Assembly (NCBI GenBank): GCA_040390045.1 | Contig: JAZJZC010000001.1 | Location: forward strand, 36,345-100,344 | Direction of reading: 5' to 3' | Source: Patescibacteria group bacterium | Lineage (GTDB): Bacteria; Patescibacteriota; Minisyncoccia; Phycocordibacterales; SIBU01 | DNA: 64,000 bases | Shown here: positions 19,090-28,815 of the stretch, piece by piece | Layout: each line of letters opens with the position of its first letter | Position numbering within the stretch: position 1 is the first letter of the stretch | The notes under the pieces: generated by a model | Told to the model about the DNA's origin: nothing | What the model saw: the letters and a program-made list of their open reading frames with translations, nothing else | Databases searched by the model: none | Made by a program: the position numbers and the translations under genes

Positions 19090-19300
19090 TATTTGTGTAT
19101 CACAAATATTTTGCTTGCCGTCGCAAGCAAAATTTCGCGACCCCCGGCTCGCCATCGCTCAAAGGTTTTTTGCATGTGTATCACAAGTATTTTTCCTGAC
19201 GGAAAAATCTCGCGATCTTTTTTCAACATCGTGTATCACGAATCACTAAGTAAATCGCTTCGCAAGGCCTCGCAATTTACGTAAGTGTTCGCGAAGTCTC
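19090..19300. repeat. Three tandem repeat units in the spacer between the two tRNA-Ala genes. Each unit is a TGTGTATCAC box, a small hairpin, then a TCGCGA box
   Basis: tgtgtatcacaa at 19094, 19175 and 19231. Hairpins gcttgccgtcgcaagc and tcctgacgga. TCGCGA(c/t) at 19133, 19210, 19277 and 19288. Position is reminiscent of upstream activator sites ahead of stable-RNA promoters. Confidence 0.5.
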
Positions 19301-19364
19301 GCGACACTCGTTGCTACTCGCCCGCTCGACATTTCGTCTGCTGACAAAATATTTCTGCGGCTTC

Positions 19365-19412
19365 CACTGATAGCAAAAAACCTCCAGCAGTGGAGGTTTT
19401 TTGCTATCAGTG
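19365..19412. terminator. 48-bp perfect palindrome (22-bp arms) acting as a bidirectional terminator just 3' of tRNA-Ala(TGC)
   Basis: cactgatagcaaaaaacctcca-gcag-tggaggttttttgctatcagtg. GC core cctcca/tggagg, with a U-run on either strand. Confidence 0.7.
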
Positions 19413-19483
19413 GACCCAAGCGGGCTCGAACCGCTTACCTCCTCATTGCAAATGAGGCGCTCTACCAGATGAGCTATGGGCCC
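19411..19483 (-). tRNA. tRNA-Ala (anticodon TGC)
   Basis: RC reads GGGCCCATAGCTCATCTGGTAGAGCGCCTCATTTGCAATGAGGAGGTAAGCGGTTCGAGCCCGCTTGGGTCCA. Anticodon loop TTTGCAA, G3:U70, T-loop GGTTCGAGC. Confidence 0.9.
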
Positions 19484-19529
19484 AATTTAAACAAAAGTAC
19501 AAATTCGACTAAAACCTAACTCCAAGATA

Positions 19530-20486
19530 TTACCCTCTACGCGAGCTAAGCGCAAGTTTGATTGAATGGTCAAGAAAACCCTCGAGAGAGAGCCCTACGG
19601 AATCTATTGATTTCCCAAATGCTGAATCGGGCGATAGGCTTGGCAAAGTATCTACACCCAAAAAATAAATTCCACGAGTTGGAGATACGACAAAGTGCGA
19701 CTGTGAGTAATGCCGGAGACCTAGTACCTCGTGAATTTTTTTTGCCATATCCTTAATTTTCATTTTTTCAATTTCAGAAAATCGACCGGGGCTAAAAATG
19801 TTTTCTACACTTCGATCGGTATCTTTACTAAAAACTAACTCCGCGGGCAACAAAGAATACAAAGCGTCCCCACGATACTGTTCCAGTATTCCGCATGCCG
19901 CTTCCCTACCAGCAACAGATTCTTCGATAATAATTTCTGGAGAAAATTCGAAAGCTTTAGAAAGCGCAGACTTCAAATCGGAAAAAATTCTTACGATAGA
20001 AACTCCGGCTGTGTTTGACACTGCAGGTCGTATCAGCGATGGATTGGTAATACTTTTCCAGATATCGAGAAGACTCATCGTATCAATGATCTCTTTTTTA
20101 AAAATCTTATACACCGGCATTCGGATTCCCTGACTCTTTAAAATATTTTTTTCATGACCTTGGTGGTTTGAAAATAATGCGGCGAGATGACCAGAGCCAG
20201 TATACGGAATATTAAAAATATCGAGGGCTCGTTGTAACTTCAAATCTTCTCCTGACTCACCATGGGTTGCGTTGAAAATAACATCGATTTTTTTGAAAGC
20301 ATTTACTGGATCTATTGCCACACCATGAATATGCCAAACCCCGGCCTGATCAATAAAAACATCAACAGGAGCGTAATTTTCAGGCAAACTCTTTAAAACC
20401 TGTGAGCCGGTTTTTAACGAATGGTGGTGTCTCTTGGATTTACCTCCGCGAACAACCCCAACTCGGATTTTTGATCGAGATGCCAT
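19530..20486 (-). CDS. ddl: D-alanine--D-alanine ligase
   Basis: KIRVGVVRGGKSKRHHHSLKTGSQV... N-terminal Ddl pattern, ATP-grasp core, C-terminal catalytic region. Confidence 0.75.
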   Translation of the reverse strand: MASRSKIRVGVVRGGKSKRHHHSLKTGSQVLKSLPENYAPVDVFIDQAGVWHIHGVAIDPVNAFKKIDVIFNATHGESGEDLKLQRALDIFNIPYTGSGHLAALFSNHQGHEKNILKSQGIRMPVYKIFKKEIIDTMSLLDIWKSITNPSLIRPAVSNTAGVSIVRIFSDLKSALSKAFEFSPEIIIEESVAGREAACGILEQYRGDALYSLLPAELVFSKDTDRSVENIFSPGRFSEIEKMKIKDMAKKIHEVLGLRHYSQSHFVVSPTRGIYFLGVDTLPSLSPDSAFGKSIDSVGLSLEGFLDHSIKLALSSRRG

Positions 20487-20516
20487 TGCTAAATTATATC
20501 ACGCATACATGGAGCA

Positions 20517-20575
20517 CGTAACATGCCCGCCCGAACGGAACGAGTCCGCTCGGTACGGGCGGGGAACATGAAGCA
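20517..20575. repeat. GC-rich REP-like two-tier hairpin element (copy 1). Inverted copy at 33483-33535
   Basis: catgcccgcccgaacggaacgagtccgctcggtacgggcggggaacatg. Outer stem cccgcccg/cgggcggg, inner stem cgag-tccg-ctcg. Its RC is nearly identical to 33483-33535. Confidence 0.65.
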
Positions 20576-20597
20576 TGGGGAAAAAACAGTTAAATCT

Positions 20598-21809
20598 TTA
20601 CTTCCAAGAACTTGTTCTTCGTTTACGATGAAAAGCTAGGGTAAATCGGTGAGCTTCAGCATTCGCAAGCAAAATAGATTTTTCGTGAGCTTTTATCAAA
20701 ACAGGATCCCCAAGTATTTTTTCCGGACGATGTTTTTCATTTTTAGTGACCGCTACAACATCCTTCGACAAATTTCGGGTTCGTAACACACCTTCTATAA
20801 CTGATTTCTGCGCCACACCTCCGTCTGCCACAAAAAGAGTCGGCAACGGCCACTCGGGATGATTCAACCGTCTTTCCAAAACTTCTTTCAAACTGGCCAC
20901 ATCATTATTGCCAAACCCGCCGCGGATTTTAAATTTTCGATAATCCTGCTTTTTCGGCTCACCATTTTCAACCACCACCATAACGCCGACAACATCCGTT
21001 CCAGAAATATGTGCCACGTCGTACGCTTCAATTCTCACGAAACTTTGTGTATCGAGATTTTTTGAGGAAGTTTTTATTAAACTGACATCCTGGATATGTC
21101 TTAGTGCAAAAACCGTTTTCTTAATTTCGTGGGCGTGTTCAAACTGTAATTTCTTGGCGGCCAAAGCCATCTCTCTCTCGAGTTTTTTTAATATCTGATT
21201 TTTCTTCCCCGTAAAAAATAACTTAATGTTAGTAATGATTTTTCCATAATCAGCTTTGGAAATTTCTCCCGTACAAACCCCGGGGCACAAACCAATTTGC
21301 CTGTTAAAACATGGACGTCCCTGATTGGGAAAACATTTTGCATCGCGAAACGTAAAAATCCTACGGACAATCTTTAGGGCATCTCGCAACTGTCCCCCAC
21401 TCGGAAAAGGACCGTACCAAACCGAAACTGACGCGGGGTCAATATCCTTTTTTCGAACTACAAGAATCTGTGGAAAATCTTCCTTTGTAACTACTACACA
21501 ATTAAAACTTTTATCATCCTTCTCCCTGGTGTTGTAATACGGTTGAAATTTTTTGATTAGGTCAGCTTCAAGAATAATCGCTTCGAGCACTGAATCAGTC
21601 TTTTTGAAATCAAGCTGGGAGGCTTTCGAAACCATTTCAATAATCTGCGGACCTCGAGTGTCAAACAAATCAGCGCTGAAATAGCTTCTTACTCGTTCCT
21701 TGAGAGATGTCGCTCGCCCAATGTAGAGAATTTTCCGATTTTTACCCAGGAAAAAATAAACACCCGGGGTGTCTGGTAAATTTTTTTTCTGGTAGTGTTG
21801 ACGGAGCAT
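20598..21809 (-). CDS. uvrC: Excinuclease ABC subunit C, short form (403 aa) lacking the C-terminal HhH domain
   Basis: GIY-YIG N-terminus (GVYFFLGKNRKILYIGRATSLKERV), UvrBC-interaction region, C-terminal endonuclease region (FVADGGVAQKSVI...EAHRFTLAFHRKRR). Confidence 0.85.
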   Translation of the reverse strand: MLRQHYQKKNLPDTPGVYFFLGKNRKILYIGRATSLKERVRSYFSADLFDTRGPQIIEMVSKASQLDFKKTDSVLEAIILEADLIKKFQPYYNTREKDDKSFNCVVVTKEDFPQILVVRKKDIDPASVSVWYGPFPSGGQLRDALKIVRRIFTFRDAKCFPNQGRPCFNRQIGLCPGVCTGEISKADYGKIITNIKLFFTGKKNQILKKLEREMALAAKKLQFEHAHEIKKTVFALRHIQDVSLIKTSSKNLDTQSFVRIEAYDVAHISGTDVVGVMVVVENGEPKKQDYRKFKIRGGFGNNDVASLKEVLERRLNHPEWPLPTLFVADGGVAQKSVIEGVLRTRNLSKDVVAVTKNEKHRPEKILGDPVLIKAHEKSILLANAEAHRFTLAFHRKRRTSSWK

Positions 21810-22169
21810 GCTATGAATGCTATATTATTTTTCAGATATCGGCAAATTTTTATGAATCCAACCGTCGCAGACGTGGTCCGCTTCATTGCAGAAAACGCAA
21901 TCCGATCCCAAATTGGGAACTGGAGGGACTTTTTCCACAAAACGCTCCTGCTATTTGATCAAATACATCTCGAAGCGAACCTCGACACCCGAACGGATCT
22001 ACCACATGAATTGGTCATTGGGGAAGTCTCTGCAAGAATGTTTGAGAACATGAAAAGCTTTGCAGCAGGGCAAAGATGTCGTGAAATTTTTGACTTCTCT
22101 CTCCTTGGTGGCAGTTCTCGCATCCACCCAAGTCTTTCGGGTCCTTATCGGTCAAGACATGCCAGCTAA
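21795..22169 (+). CDS. Possible small protein (124 aa) in the uvrC-uvrA gap. Uncertain
   Basis: ORF-only call (the ORF track's Met is at 21795). The ORF end is embedded in the plus-strand hairpin at 22159-22190 (atgccagct-aactc-agctggcat followed by tttttaattt). No recognisable family. Confidence 0.25.
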   Translation: MLTEHAMNAILFFRYRQIFMNPTVADVVRFIAENAIRSQIGNWRDFFHKTLLLFDQIHLEANLDTRTDLPHELVIGEVSARMFENMKSFAAGQRCREIFDFSLLGGSSRIHPSLSGPYRSRHAS

Positions 22170-22190
22170 CTCAGCTGGCATTTTTAATTT
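22159..22190 (+). terminator. Intrinsic terminator (plus strand) in the uvrC-uvrA gap
   Basis: atgccagct-aactc-agctggcat followed by tttttaattt. Confidence 0.55.
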
Positions 22191-22199
22191 CCAAAATAA

Positions 22200-24794
22200 T
22201 TACAGAATCTTCTTTAGATACTCTCCGGTGAACGACCCTTTGGTTCTCGCCACTTCTTCCGGTGTGCCTTTGGCAATAATTTTTCCTCCTCCCTCTCCGC
22301 CGAGTGGCCCACAATCAATCAGATAATCGGCGCACTTAACAACATCGAGGTTATGCTCAATCACAATTACAGTATTGCCGTGATCTACCAGTTTTTGCAA
22401 AATTTCCACGAGCTTCCTGACGTCTTCATAATGAAGTCCCACCGTTGGCTCATCCAAAATATAAATAGTTTTCTCAACGTGTTGTCGGTAGAGCTCGGAA
22501 GAAATTTTGACACGCTGAGCCTCGCCGCCCGAAAGCGTTGTAGCTGACTGGCCAAGTTCCAAGTATCCGAGCCCGACCTCTTCAAGTGATTTAAGTCGAT
22601 CATAGATGGCCGGAATATCTTCGAAAAATTTCAAAGCCTGTTCGATGTTCATGCCGAGCACCTGATAAATATTTTTTTTCTTGTAAGTCACCTCGAGTGT
22701 TTCCTTCATGAAGCGTTTACCTTCGCACACTTCGCAGGGCACATACACCGTGGGTAAAAAGTGCATTTCGACAGCGATTTCTCCGTTACCTTGGCAAGCC
22801 TCACATCGTCCCCCCTTCACGTTGAAGGAAAAACGATTGGCCTTCCAGCCTCGCACCTTTGCTTCGGGTGATTCCGCAAACAGTTCGCGAATAAACGTAA
22901 ACGCGCCTGTATAGGTTGCTGGATTTGATCGCGGTGTACGGCCAATGGGACTTTGGTCGATCAAAATTGTGCGAGAAAGATATTCTGTACCAGTAAAACT
23001 CGAGCAATTAAAAATTTCGGCGGTTCGATAGCGTCGTTCGAGCCTCGCTTGTAAATTTTTAAACAAAATTTCGTAGACAAAGGAAGATTTTCCAGAACCA
23101 GAAACTCCAGTCACCGCTACAAGTCGGCCAAGTGGAATGTCGGCGTTGAGACCTTTAATGTTAAAAATATTGCCATTGCGAATACGCAAAGTTCCGGCTT
23201 CGTTATCACGCCTTTTTTCAGGAACAGGAATTTTTTTATCTCCACGCAAATAATCCAAGGTTAAAGATTTCGAATCGTTTTTCTTAGCGCCAAGCAAGTC
23301 TTCAATGTAACCGGAAACAACAACTTTTCCACCGTGAACGCCAGCGCCCGGGCCAATATCTATTAAATAGTCAGACGAAAGAATAGTTTCTTCGTCGTGT
23401 TCAACAACAAGAATAGTATTCCCGATATCGCGCAGGTGAAGCAAAGTTTTAATAAGTTTGTCGTTATCCTTTGAGTGAAGTCCAATGGTTGGTTCATCCA
23501 AAACATACAAAGCACCAACCAAACCAGAACCGAGCTGTGAGGCCAGTCTGATACGTTGCGCTTCACCACCCGAAAGCGTATGTGCACGACGATCAAGCGA
23601 CATGTATTCGATCCCAACATTGATCATGAAATCCAAGCGTGACTCGATTTCTTTCAACAGCACTTTGGCGATTTCCTTATCTTTCGCTGAGAGTTTTAAT
23701 TTTTCAAAAAATTCTCGGGCGTTTTTGATGGAGAGTGCTACAAGTTCAACGATATTGAGGCCACCATTTTTATGAGAACCACCGAAATAGACATGGAGTG
23801 CTTCTTCACGTAATCTCGCCCCATTACATTTCGGACAAACTTCATCGCCAAAAAAATGTCGCGTACCCAAACCGTTACATTCAGGACAGGCTCCGTATGG
23901 TGAATTAAAAGAGAAAAGGCGAGGTTCAATTTCTGGATAGGAAAAACCATCGTACGGACACATAAATTTAGCAGAAATCAATCTCTCCTCTGTTGGAGTT
24001 TGAATTTTAAGTAAGCCTTTAGATTCTTGTAACGCTCGTTCAACTGACTCGCTCAATCTTTCAGGGACGCCATTTTTCTTATCGGTGAGTTCAGTAACAA
24101 AAAACTCATCGACTAACACATCGATGTCGTGTTTTTTATTTTTTGAAATAATTATTTGTTCGCGCAGTTTCTTAATTTCGCCGTCAACTTTTACCGTGCT
24201 GTAGCCTTTGCCTAGTAAATCGTACAACAGCTGGTAGTACTCGCCTTTTCGGCCTACCACGAGCGGAGCAAAAATTTTCACCTTCAGAGTGTTTATTGGA
24301 ACACCCATAACAACTTTTTCGGAACCTTTGCTGTTTAAATCTCTCACGGTGTCCAAAATAGTTTCAATAATTTCTTCGTGAGAAAGTTTTTTGATTGGTC
24401 GATCACACAAAAGACAGTGCGGCACGCCGGTGCGAGCAAATAGAATTCTTAAATAGTCGTAAATTTCAGTAATGGTCGCCACGGTTGAACGCGGATTGTT
24501 TGACCGAGATTTTTGATCAATGGAAATAGCTGGCGAAAGTCCCTGGATCTCATCGACATCAGGCTTTTGCATTTGGCGCAAAAATTGGCGGGCGTAAGAG
24601 GAAAGAGATTCAACGTATCGCCTTTGACCTTCGGCAAAAATGGTATCAAACGCCAAGGATGATTTTCCTGAGCCTGAAAGACCGGTAAAAACCACCATCT
24701 TATTACGAGGCATTTCAACCGTAATGTTTTTGAGGTTGTGCGTCCGCGCTCCTTTTACAATTATTTTTTCTAATTCGCTGGAGTTTTTATTCAT
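22200..24794 (-). CDS. uvrA: Excinuclease ABC subunit A
   Basis: Two ABC ATPase modules ([45 protein letters not shown]). Zn-finger cysteines [22 protein letters not shown]. Confidence 0.95.
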   Translation of the reverse strand: MNKNSSELEKIIVKGARTHNLKNITVEMPRNKMVVFTGLSGSGKSSLAFDTIFAEGQRRYVESLSSYARQFLRQMQKPDVDEIQGLSPAISIDQKSRSNNPRSTVATITEIYDYLRILFARTGVPHCLLCDRPIKKLSHEEIIETILDTVRDLNSKGSEKVVMGVPINTLKVKIFAPLVVGRKGEYYQLLYDLLGKGYSTVKVDGEIKKLREQIIISKNKKHDIDVLVDEFFVTELTDKKNGVPERLSESVERALQESKGLLKIQTPTEERLISAKFMCPYDGFSYPEIEPRLFSFNSPYGACPECNGLGTRHFFGDEVCPKCNGARLREEALHVYFGGSHKNGGLNIVELVALSIKNAREFFEKLKLSAKDKEIAKVLLKEIESRLDFMINVGIEYMSLDRRAHTLSGGEAQRIRLASQLGSGLVGALYVLDEPTIGLHSKDNDKLIKTLLHLRDIGNTILVVEHDEETILSSDYLIDIGPGAGVHGGKVVVSGYIEDLLGAKKNDSKSLTLDYLRGDKKIPVPEKRRDNEAGTLRIRNGNIFNIKGLNADIPLGRLVAVTGVSGSGKSSFVYEILFKNLQARLERRYRTAEIFNCSSFTGTEYLSRTILIDQSPIGRTPRSNPATYTGAFTFIRELFAESPEAKVRGWKANRFSFNVKGGRCEACQGNGEIAVEMHFLPTVYVPCEVCEGKRFMKETLEVTYKKKNIYQVLGMNIEQALKFFEDIPAIYDRLKSLEEVGLGYLELGQSATTLSGGEAQRVKISSELYRQHVEKTIYILDEPTVGLHYEDVRKLVEILQKLVDHGNTVIVIEHNLDVVKCADYLIDCGPLGGEGGGKIIAKGTPEEVARTKGSFTGEYLKKIL

Positions 24795-24888
24795 ATGTTT
24801 TTACGAATACAGACCCCACGGCAGGCCGTAGGGTGAGTGACTAAATTACTATACCAGAAAAGTTTGGAAAAAAGAAATGGGGGGCAAT

Positions 24889-25659
24889 TTACAAAGCGAG
24901 TTGGATTTTTTTGCCCTTCAAAAAATACGTAGCGATTACACCAATCAGAAAGACAATAGCATACACAGGGTAAATTCCAATGTAACTTTCGATAGGCAGC
25001 AACGTACAACTTGCGAACAGAAGTAAAATCGCAGCTTTGTAATATTTTTTAAAATTTTCATCGAGCGCAAGATACACCCCAATTAAAGTAAAAACTGACG
25101 CTGACATCCCCATGATTGGTTCAGTGCTCGTGGGAGAAAGAAAATAATATAATAACGAACCACCAATACCAGCGAAAATATAGATGAGAAATAAACGTAG
25201 ACCTCCAAATTTCTTTTCAATGAATGCCCCTACCAAGAAAAAACAAATGAGATTAAAAAGTAAGCGTAAGAAGTTTCTTTCTAAAAAGAGTGCGGTAATA
25301 AAGGGAAAGATTGTGCCCTTCTCCTTAAACAGAGCGGGTGTAAAACCAAGATTTAAATAAAATCTATCTTCTTTGGAGTGACAGCGGTTAATGACATCAC
25401 TTGAAAACAAACATGTGTCATCAACAATCCTCACATTGTGGCAGAAAAAAGTGCTGTCTGGGGCGCACACTTTCCCTAAAAAATAAGGAACATAAGACAC
25501 GCATTGTGGAAATTCGTCATCAAGACATTGGTTAAAATCTACAGGTTTGGCTGCTCTATCAAGAGGTTGATACTGCGTAAGAGCGAAAGAAGCGATCATA
25601 ACTAAGCTAATAGCTATGGTCGCTTTGGGAACTGGATTTATTTTAAAATCTATACTCAT
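24889..25659 (-). CDS. Rhomboid-family intramembrane serine protease with a Cys-rich N-terminal extracytoplasmic insert
   Basis: GMSASVF (GxSG-type catalytic serine motif) in a TM helix, followed by TM helices with a His. N-terminal segment has 8 Cys. Confidence 0.65.
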   Translation of the reverse strand: MSIDFKINPVPKATIAISLVMIASFALTQYQPLDRAAKPVDFNQCLDDEFPQCVSYVPYFLGKVCAPDSTFFCHNVRIVDDTCLFSSDVINRCHSKEDRFYLNLGFTPALFKEKGTIFPFITALFLERNFLRLLFNLICFFLVGAFIEKKFGGLRLFLIYIFAGIGGSLLYYFLSPTSTEPIMGMSASVFTLIGVYLALDENFKKYYKAAILLLFASCTLLPIESYIGIYPVYAIVFLIGVIATYFLKGKKIQLAL

Positions 25660-25711
25660 TTTTCAGAAACGCACACTAGCAATAATACTAATTTCAATGA
25701 TAATTCTACCA

Positions 25712-25756
25712 CAAAGCCGCCGCGCCGAGTCGGAGAGGCGCGGCGGCTTTTCTTAA
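25712..25756. terminator. Bidirectional intrinsic terminator (12-bp GC stem) downstream of uvrB
   Basis: agccgccgcgcc-gagtcggagag-ggcgcggcggct followed by tttct. Confidence 0.75.
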
Positions 25757-25757
25757 A

Positions 25758-27878
25758 CTATTTTTTATTTTTTCTATTCATTTTCGGAAGTGCCTTTGCA
25801 GAAATCTCTTTTTTAAATTCCGGTTCCGGTTTTCCCTCAAGCGCAATCAACCTCTGAAGTTCGGCAATCTCATCTCGAAGCAGCGCTGCGGTTTCAAAGT
25901 CCAAAATTTTTACTGCCGAATTCATCTGACGATCTTTTTCTTTTATGAGTTTCTCACGATTTTTTGGGGCCACGGCCATATCCATCGCCACCAACATCCG
26001 AACCGTTTTCTTATGCAAATCAAGTTCTTCCGTAATGTCGTGAATTTTTTTGGTAATAGTCTTTGGAGTAATGCCGTGCTTGGTGTTGTACGCAACCTGA
26101 AGAGTACGACGGCGATTAGTTTCTCCGATGGCTCGCTCCATAGAACCGGTCAGCCGATCCGCGTACAAAATCACTCGCCCTCTGATATTTCGAGCGGCGC
26201 GACCGATAGTTTGAATGAGCGCGGTTTCGGATCGCAAAAATCCCTCCTTGTCCGCATCAAGAATTCCAATGAAAGCCAGCTCAGGCAAGTCCAGTCCTTC
26301 ACGCAGGAGGTTAATACCAACTAAACAATCAAATTCACCTTTTCTAAACCGAGTCAAAATTTCTATTCGTTCAATGGTTTTAATATCACTATGAAGATAC
26401 TCCGACTTAATTCCCTTCTCCTTCAAAAACACACTCAAATCCTCCGCCATTTTTTTGGTCAGCGTGGTCGCAATGACTCGTTCACCGCTTTTGATTACTT
26501 TTTCCGCTTCAGCAATAAAATCGTAGATCTGACCCTTGTAATTGGCTTTCTCAAGAATTGGTCGAATAATAATTTCAGGATCAATAAGTCCCGTGGGTCG
26601 AATAACTTGCTCGACTACCTGACCAAGTTTTTCCGAACCGTTAGTCAAATTACTTTTTTCAATTTCATACTTGCCCGGAGTGGCCGACGTATACAAAACC
26701 TGCCCCACACGTTTTTCAAATTCCTCAAACTTCAGTGGACGATTGTCTCGCGCGCTTGGTAATCTAAAACCATGCTCCACCAAAGTATCCTTGCGAGATT
26801 TGTCTCCCGCGTACATTCCACCAATTTGTGACACCGTAATATGTGACTCGTCGATAATCGTCAAAAAATCTGCCGTGCCGTCGGGTTTTTTAGGAAAATA
26901 TGAAAGTAAGGTATCGGGCGCTTCACCCGGGAGTTTGCCAGAAAAATGTCTTGAATAATTTTCGATTCCGTTGCAATACCCGACTTCTTTAATCATGGCT
27001 AAATCATACTTCGTTCGACGTTTGATTCTCTCGGCTTCCAAAAGTTTTTTCTCTTTTTCGAATTTTTTCAACTGATCCTTGAGCTCGCTCTGAATGGTCT
27101 GTATGGCCTTAGCGCGATCTTCTTCAGCAGAAATAAAGTGTTTGGCTGGAAAAATAAAAACCGATTCGGGCTCACTGCGAATCTGCCGAGTGGTTGCATC
27201 TACCTCAACAATTCGAGCAATAATTCCATCTTCAAATTCAATCCGGTAAATTACTCGTTCACTTACGGGCATTACCTCTACCACATCGCCAAGTGCGCGA
27301 AATTGTCCAGGAGAAAGATCAAGCGTCGTGCGTTCGTAATGAACTTTAATCAAGGCGCGCATCAAGTCACCTCGAACAAGCTCCTGACCTTTCGACAATT
27401 TCATATTCACTTTTTGATATTCTTCTGGTGAACCCAATCCGTAAATACAGGAAACCGAAGCCACAATAATGACATCTCGGCGGCTCAGGAGTGCTTGAGT
27501 TGAAGCGTGTCGCAGACGATCAATCTCCTCGTTGATCACCGCTTCTTTTTCAATATAGGTATCAGTCACCGGCATGTACGCTTCCGGCTGGTAGTAATCG
27601 TAATAAGAAACGAAATAGTGAACGGCGTTGTCGGGAAAAAATTCTCGATATTCTTGAGCAAGCTGGGCGGCGAGAGTTTTATTGTGAGCAATGACTAACG
27701 TAGGTTTTTGAACCGCCTGTATAACATTGGCGGCGGTAAAAGTTTTTCCAGAACCGGTCACACCAAGTAGCGTTTGGTGCTGATACCCTTTTTTCATGCC
27801 ATCTACTAATGCGGAAATAGCTTTTGGCTGATCGCCCGCAGGTTCAAATTGACTTTTTATTTTGAATCTGCCCTCCAT
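25758..27878 (-). CDS. uvrB: Excinuclease ABC subunit B
   Basis: MEGRFKIKSQFEPAGDQPKAI matches the canonical UvrB N-terminus. GVTGSGKT helicase motif I, DESH, C-terminal UvrB/UvrC interaction coiled coil. The upstream in-frame extension to 28142 is rejected because it translates the terminator hairpin. Confidence 0.95.
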   Translation of the reverse strand: MEGRFKIKSQFEPAGDQPKAISALVDGMKKGYQHQTLLGVTGSGKTFTAANVIQAVQKPTLVIAHNKTLAAQLAQEYREFFPDNAVHYFVSYYDYYQPEAYMPVTDTYIEKEAVINEEIDRLRHASTQALLSRRDVIIVASVSCIYGLGSPEEYQKVNMKLSKGQELVRGDLMRALIKVHYERTTLDLSPGQFRALGDVVEVMPVSERVIYRIEFEDGIIARIVEVDATTRQIRSEPESVFIFPAKHFISAEEDRAKAIQTIQSELKDQLKKFEKEKKLLEAERIKRRTKYDLAMIKEVGYCNGIENYSRHFSGKLPGEAPDTLLSYFPKKPDGTADFLTIIDESHITVSQIGGMYAGDKSRKDTLVEHGFRLPSARDNRPLKFEEFEKRVGQVLYTSATPGKYEIEKSNLTNGSEKLGQVVEQVIRPTGLIDPEIIIRPILEKANYKGQIYDFIAEAEKVIKSGERVIATTLTKKMAEDLSVFLKEKGIKSEYLHSDIKTIERIEILTRFRKGEFDCLVGINLLREGLDLPELAFIGILDADKEGFLRSETALIQTIGRAARNIRGRVILYADRLTGSMERAIGETNRRRTLQVAYNTKHGITPKTITKKIHDITEELDLHKKTVRMLVAMDMAVAPKNREKLIKEKDRQMNSAVKILDFETAALLRDEIAELQRLIALEGKPEPEFKKEISAKALPKMNRKNKK

Positions 27879-27939
27879 GATCAACACTATATCGCGAGAG
27901 ACAAGTTTAGACAATAAAGTTTGTCCTCGTCCTATCCCC

Positions 27940-28085
27940 GCCGCAAGCGGTTCCCTCGGAAGACCTCGGCGGGGTATTAGGCGAGGCAACGGGGCAAACT
28001 TTGTTGTAGAAGAGTCGGCTCCGCCGACGCTCAATTCTCGTTGCGGATTCCTCCCCGCCCCAGAGCGGGCGGGGTATTCTCCGCA
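27940..28085 (-). promoter_or_regulatory. GC-rich structured leader of uvrB with REP-like ccccgcc(c)/gggcgggg hairpins and a repeated GCGGGGTATT motif
   Basis: tccccgccg...cggcgggg and ctccccgccc-cagag-cgggcgggg stems. gcggggtatt occurs twice. GC is far above the local background. Confidence 0.45.
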
Positions 28086-28090
28086 GTTAC

Positions 28091-28128
28091 AATAAAAAAC
28101 CGCAGAAAATTTGTAAAATTTTCTGCGG
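28091..28128 (-). terminator. Intrinsic terminator (minus) separating the 28146-28562 ORF from uvrB
   Basis: ccgcagaaaatt-tgtaa-aattttctgcgg. On the minus strand it is followed by ttttttatt. Confidence 0.7.
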
Positions 28129-28145
28129 TAACGAACTCCCACCCA

Positions 28146-28562
28146 TCAATCAGGTGACACTGAAGCGCCACAGATTTCACGAACCCTTGGGTCCGGTTCA
28201 CGCATGTGTTCCCAAAATGTACGAGGCGAAACCCACCCAAGAATGTAGTGGTACATAACCCGTTGCCGAATCGTTCCCACCCCGCCCCTTTTCCAGCCAA
28301 AATTTCCATGTACCTTCTGCGCAAAAAGATACGACCGGCGCGAGACAAACGCCTCACCATCTGCAATGTGAGGGCGAGAATTTCGTTCGTCTTTCGTTAC
28401 CAGCGCGACCCATCCGTGTCCTATGTAAAACACTTTTGCGTGTCCCCCCGACCAGCCGTTTGTCCCATGCTCCTCGCGCGCGGGCCGACTCGAACCAAAC
28501 TTCTTGGCAAGAACTGCGTGACCATTCGTCGATTGATGATCTGACATAACCAAAATTTCCAA
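28146..28562 (-). CDS. Hypothetical protein in a GC-rich (~55%) segment. Call uncertain
   Basis: Longest ORF among several overlapping frames in a GC-rich patch. Trp/His/Gly/Arg-rich, no recognised family. It is delimited by terminators on both sides. Confidence 0.3.
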   Translation of the reverse strand: MEILVMSDHQSTNGHAVLAKKFGSSRPAREEHGTNGWSGGHAKVFYIGHGWVALVTKDERNSRPHIADGEAFVSRRSYLFAQKVHGNFGWKRGGVGTIRQRVMYHYILGWVSPRTFWEHMREPDPRVREICGASVSPD

Positions 28563-28607
28563 AGTTCAAACTTCGTTTTTCGTCCTCAACACGGAAGTGG
28601 TAAGGTA

Positions 28608-28642
28608 AAAACGAAAGAGTCCCCTTTCGAGGACTCTTTTTT
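28608..28642. terminator. Bidirectional intrinsic terminator downstream of tgt
   Basis: agagtcc-cctttcg-aggactct followed by tttttt. Confidence 0.7.
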
Positions 28643-28815
28643 GTGATTTATGATTTGAGATTTTGGCTTTTCCTACATCACACAAAAGAGACCTCGAAGT
28701 TTTTCGAGATTTGACTTGGTGACGTCGACGCAGAATTGCCTATGTGACATATTTTTATTGTACACGAGCCTGTACGCTCGTCAAATGACCTGGGGATAAC
28801 CAAAGTGGTCTGAAA

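Noticed and set aside
27879-28142. In-frame N-terminal extension of uvrB (the track ORF starts at 28142)
   Set aside because: The extension translates a GC-rich hairpin leader and the upstream terminator. The canonical UvrB N-terminus (MEGRFKIKSQFEPAGDQP) begins at 27878.
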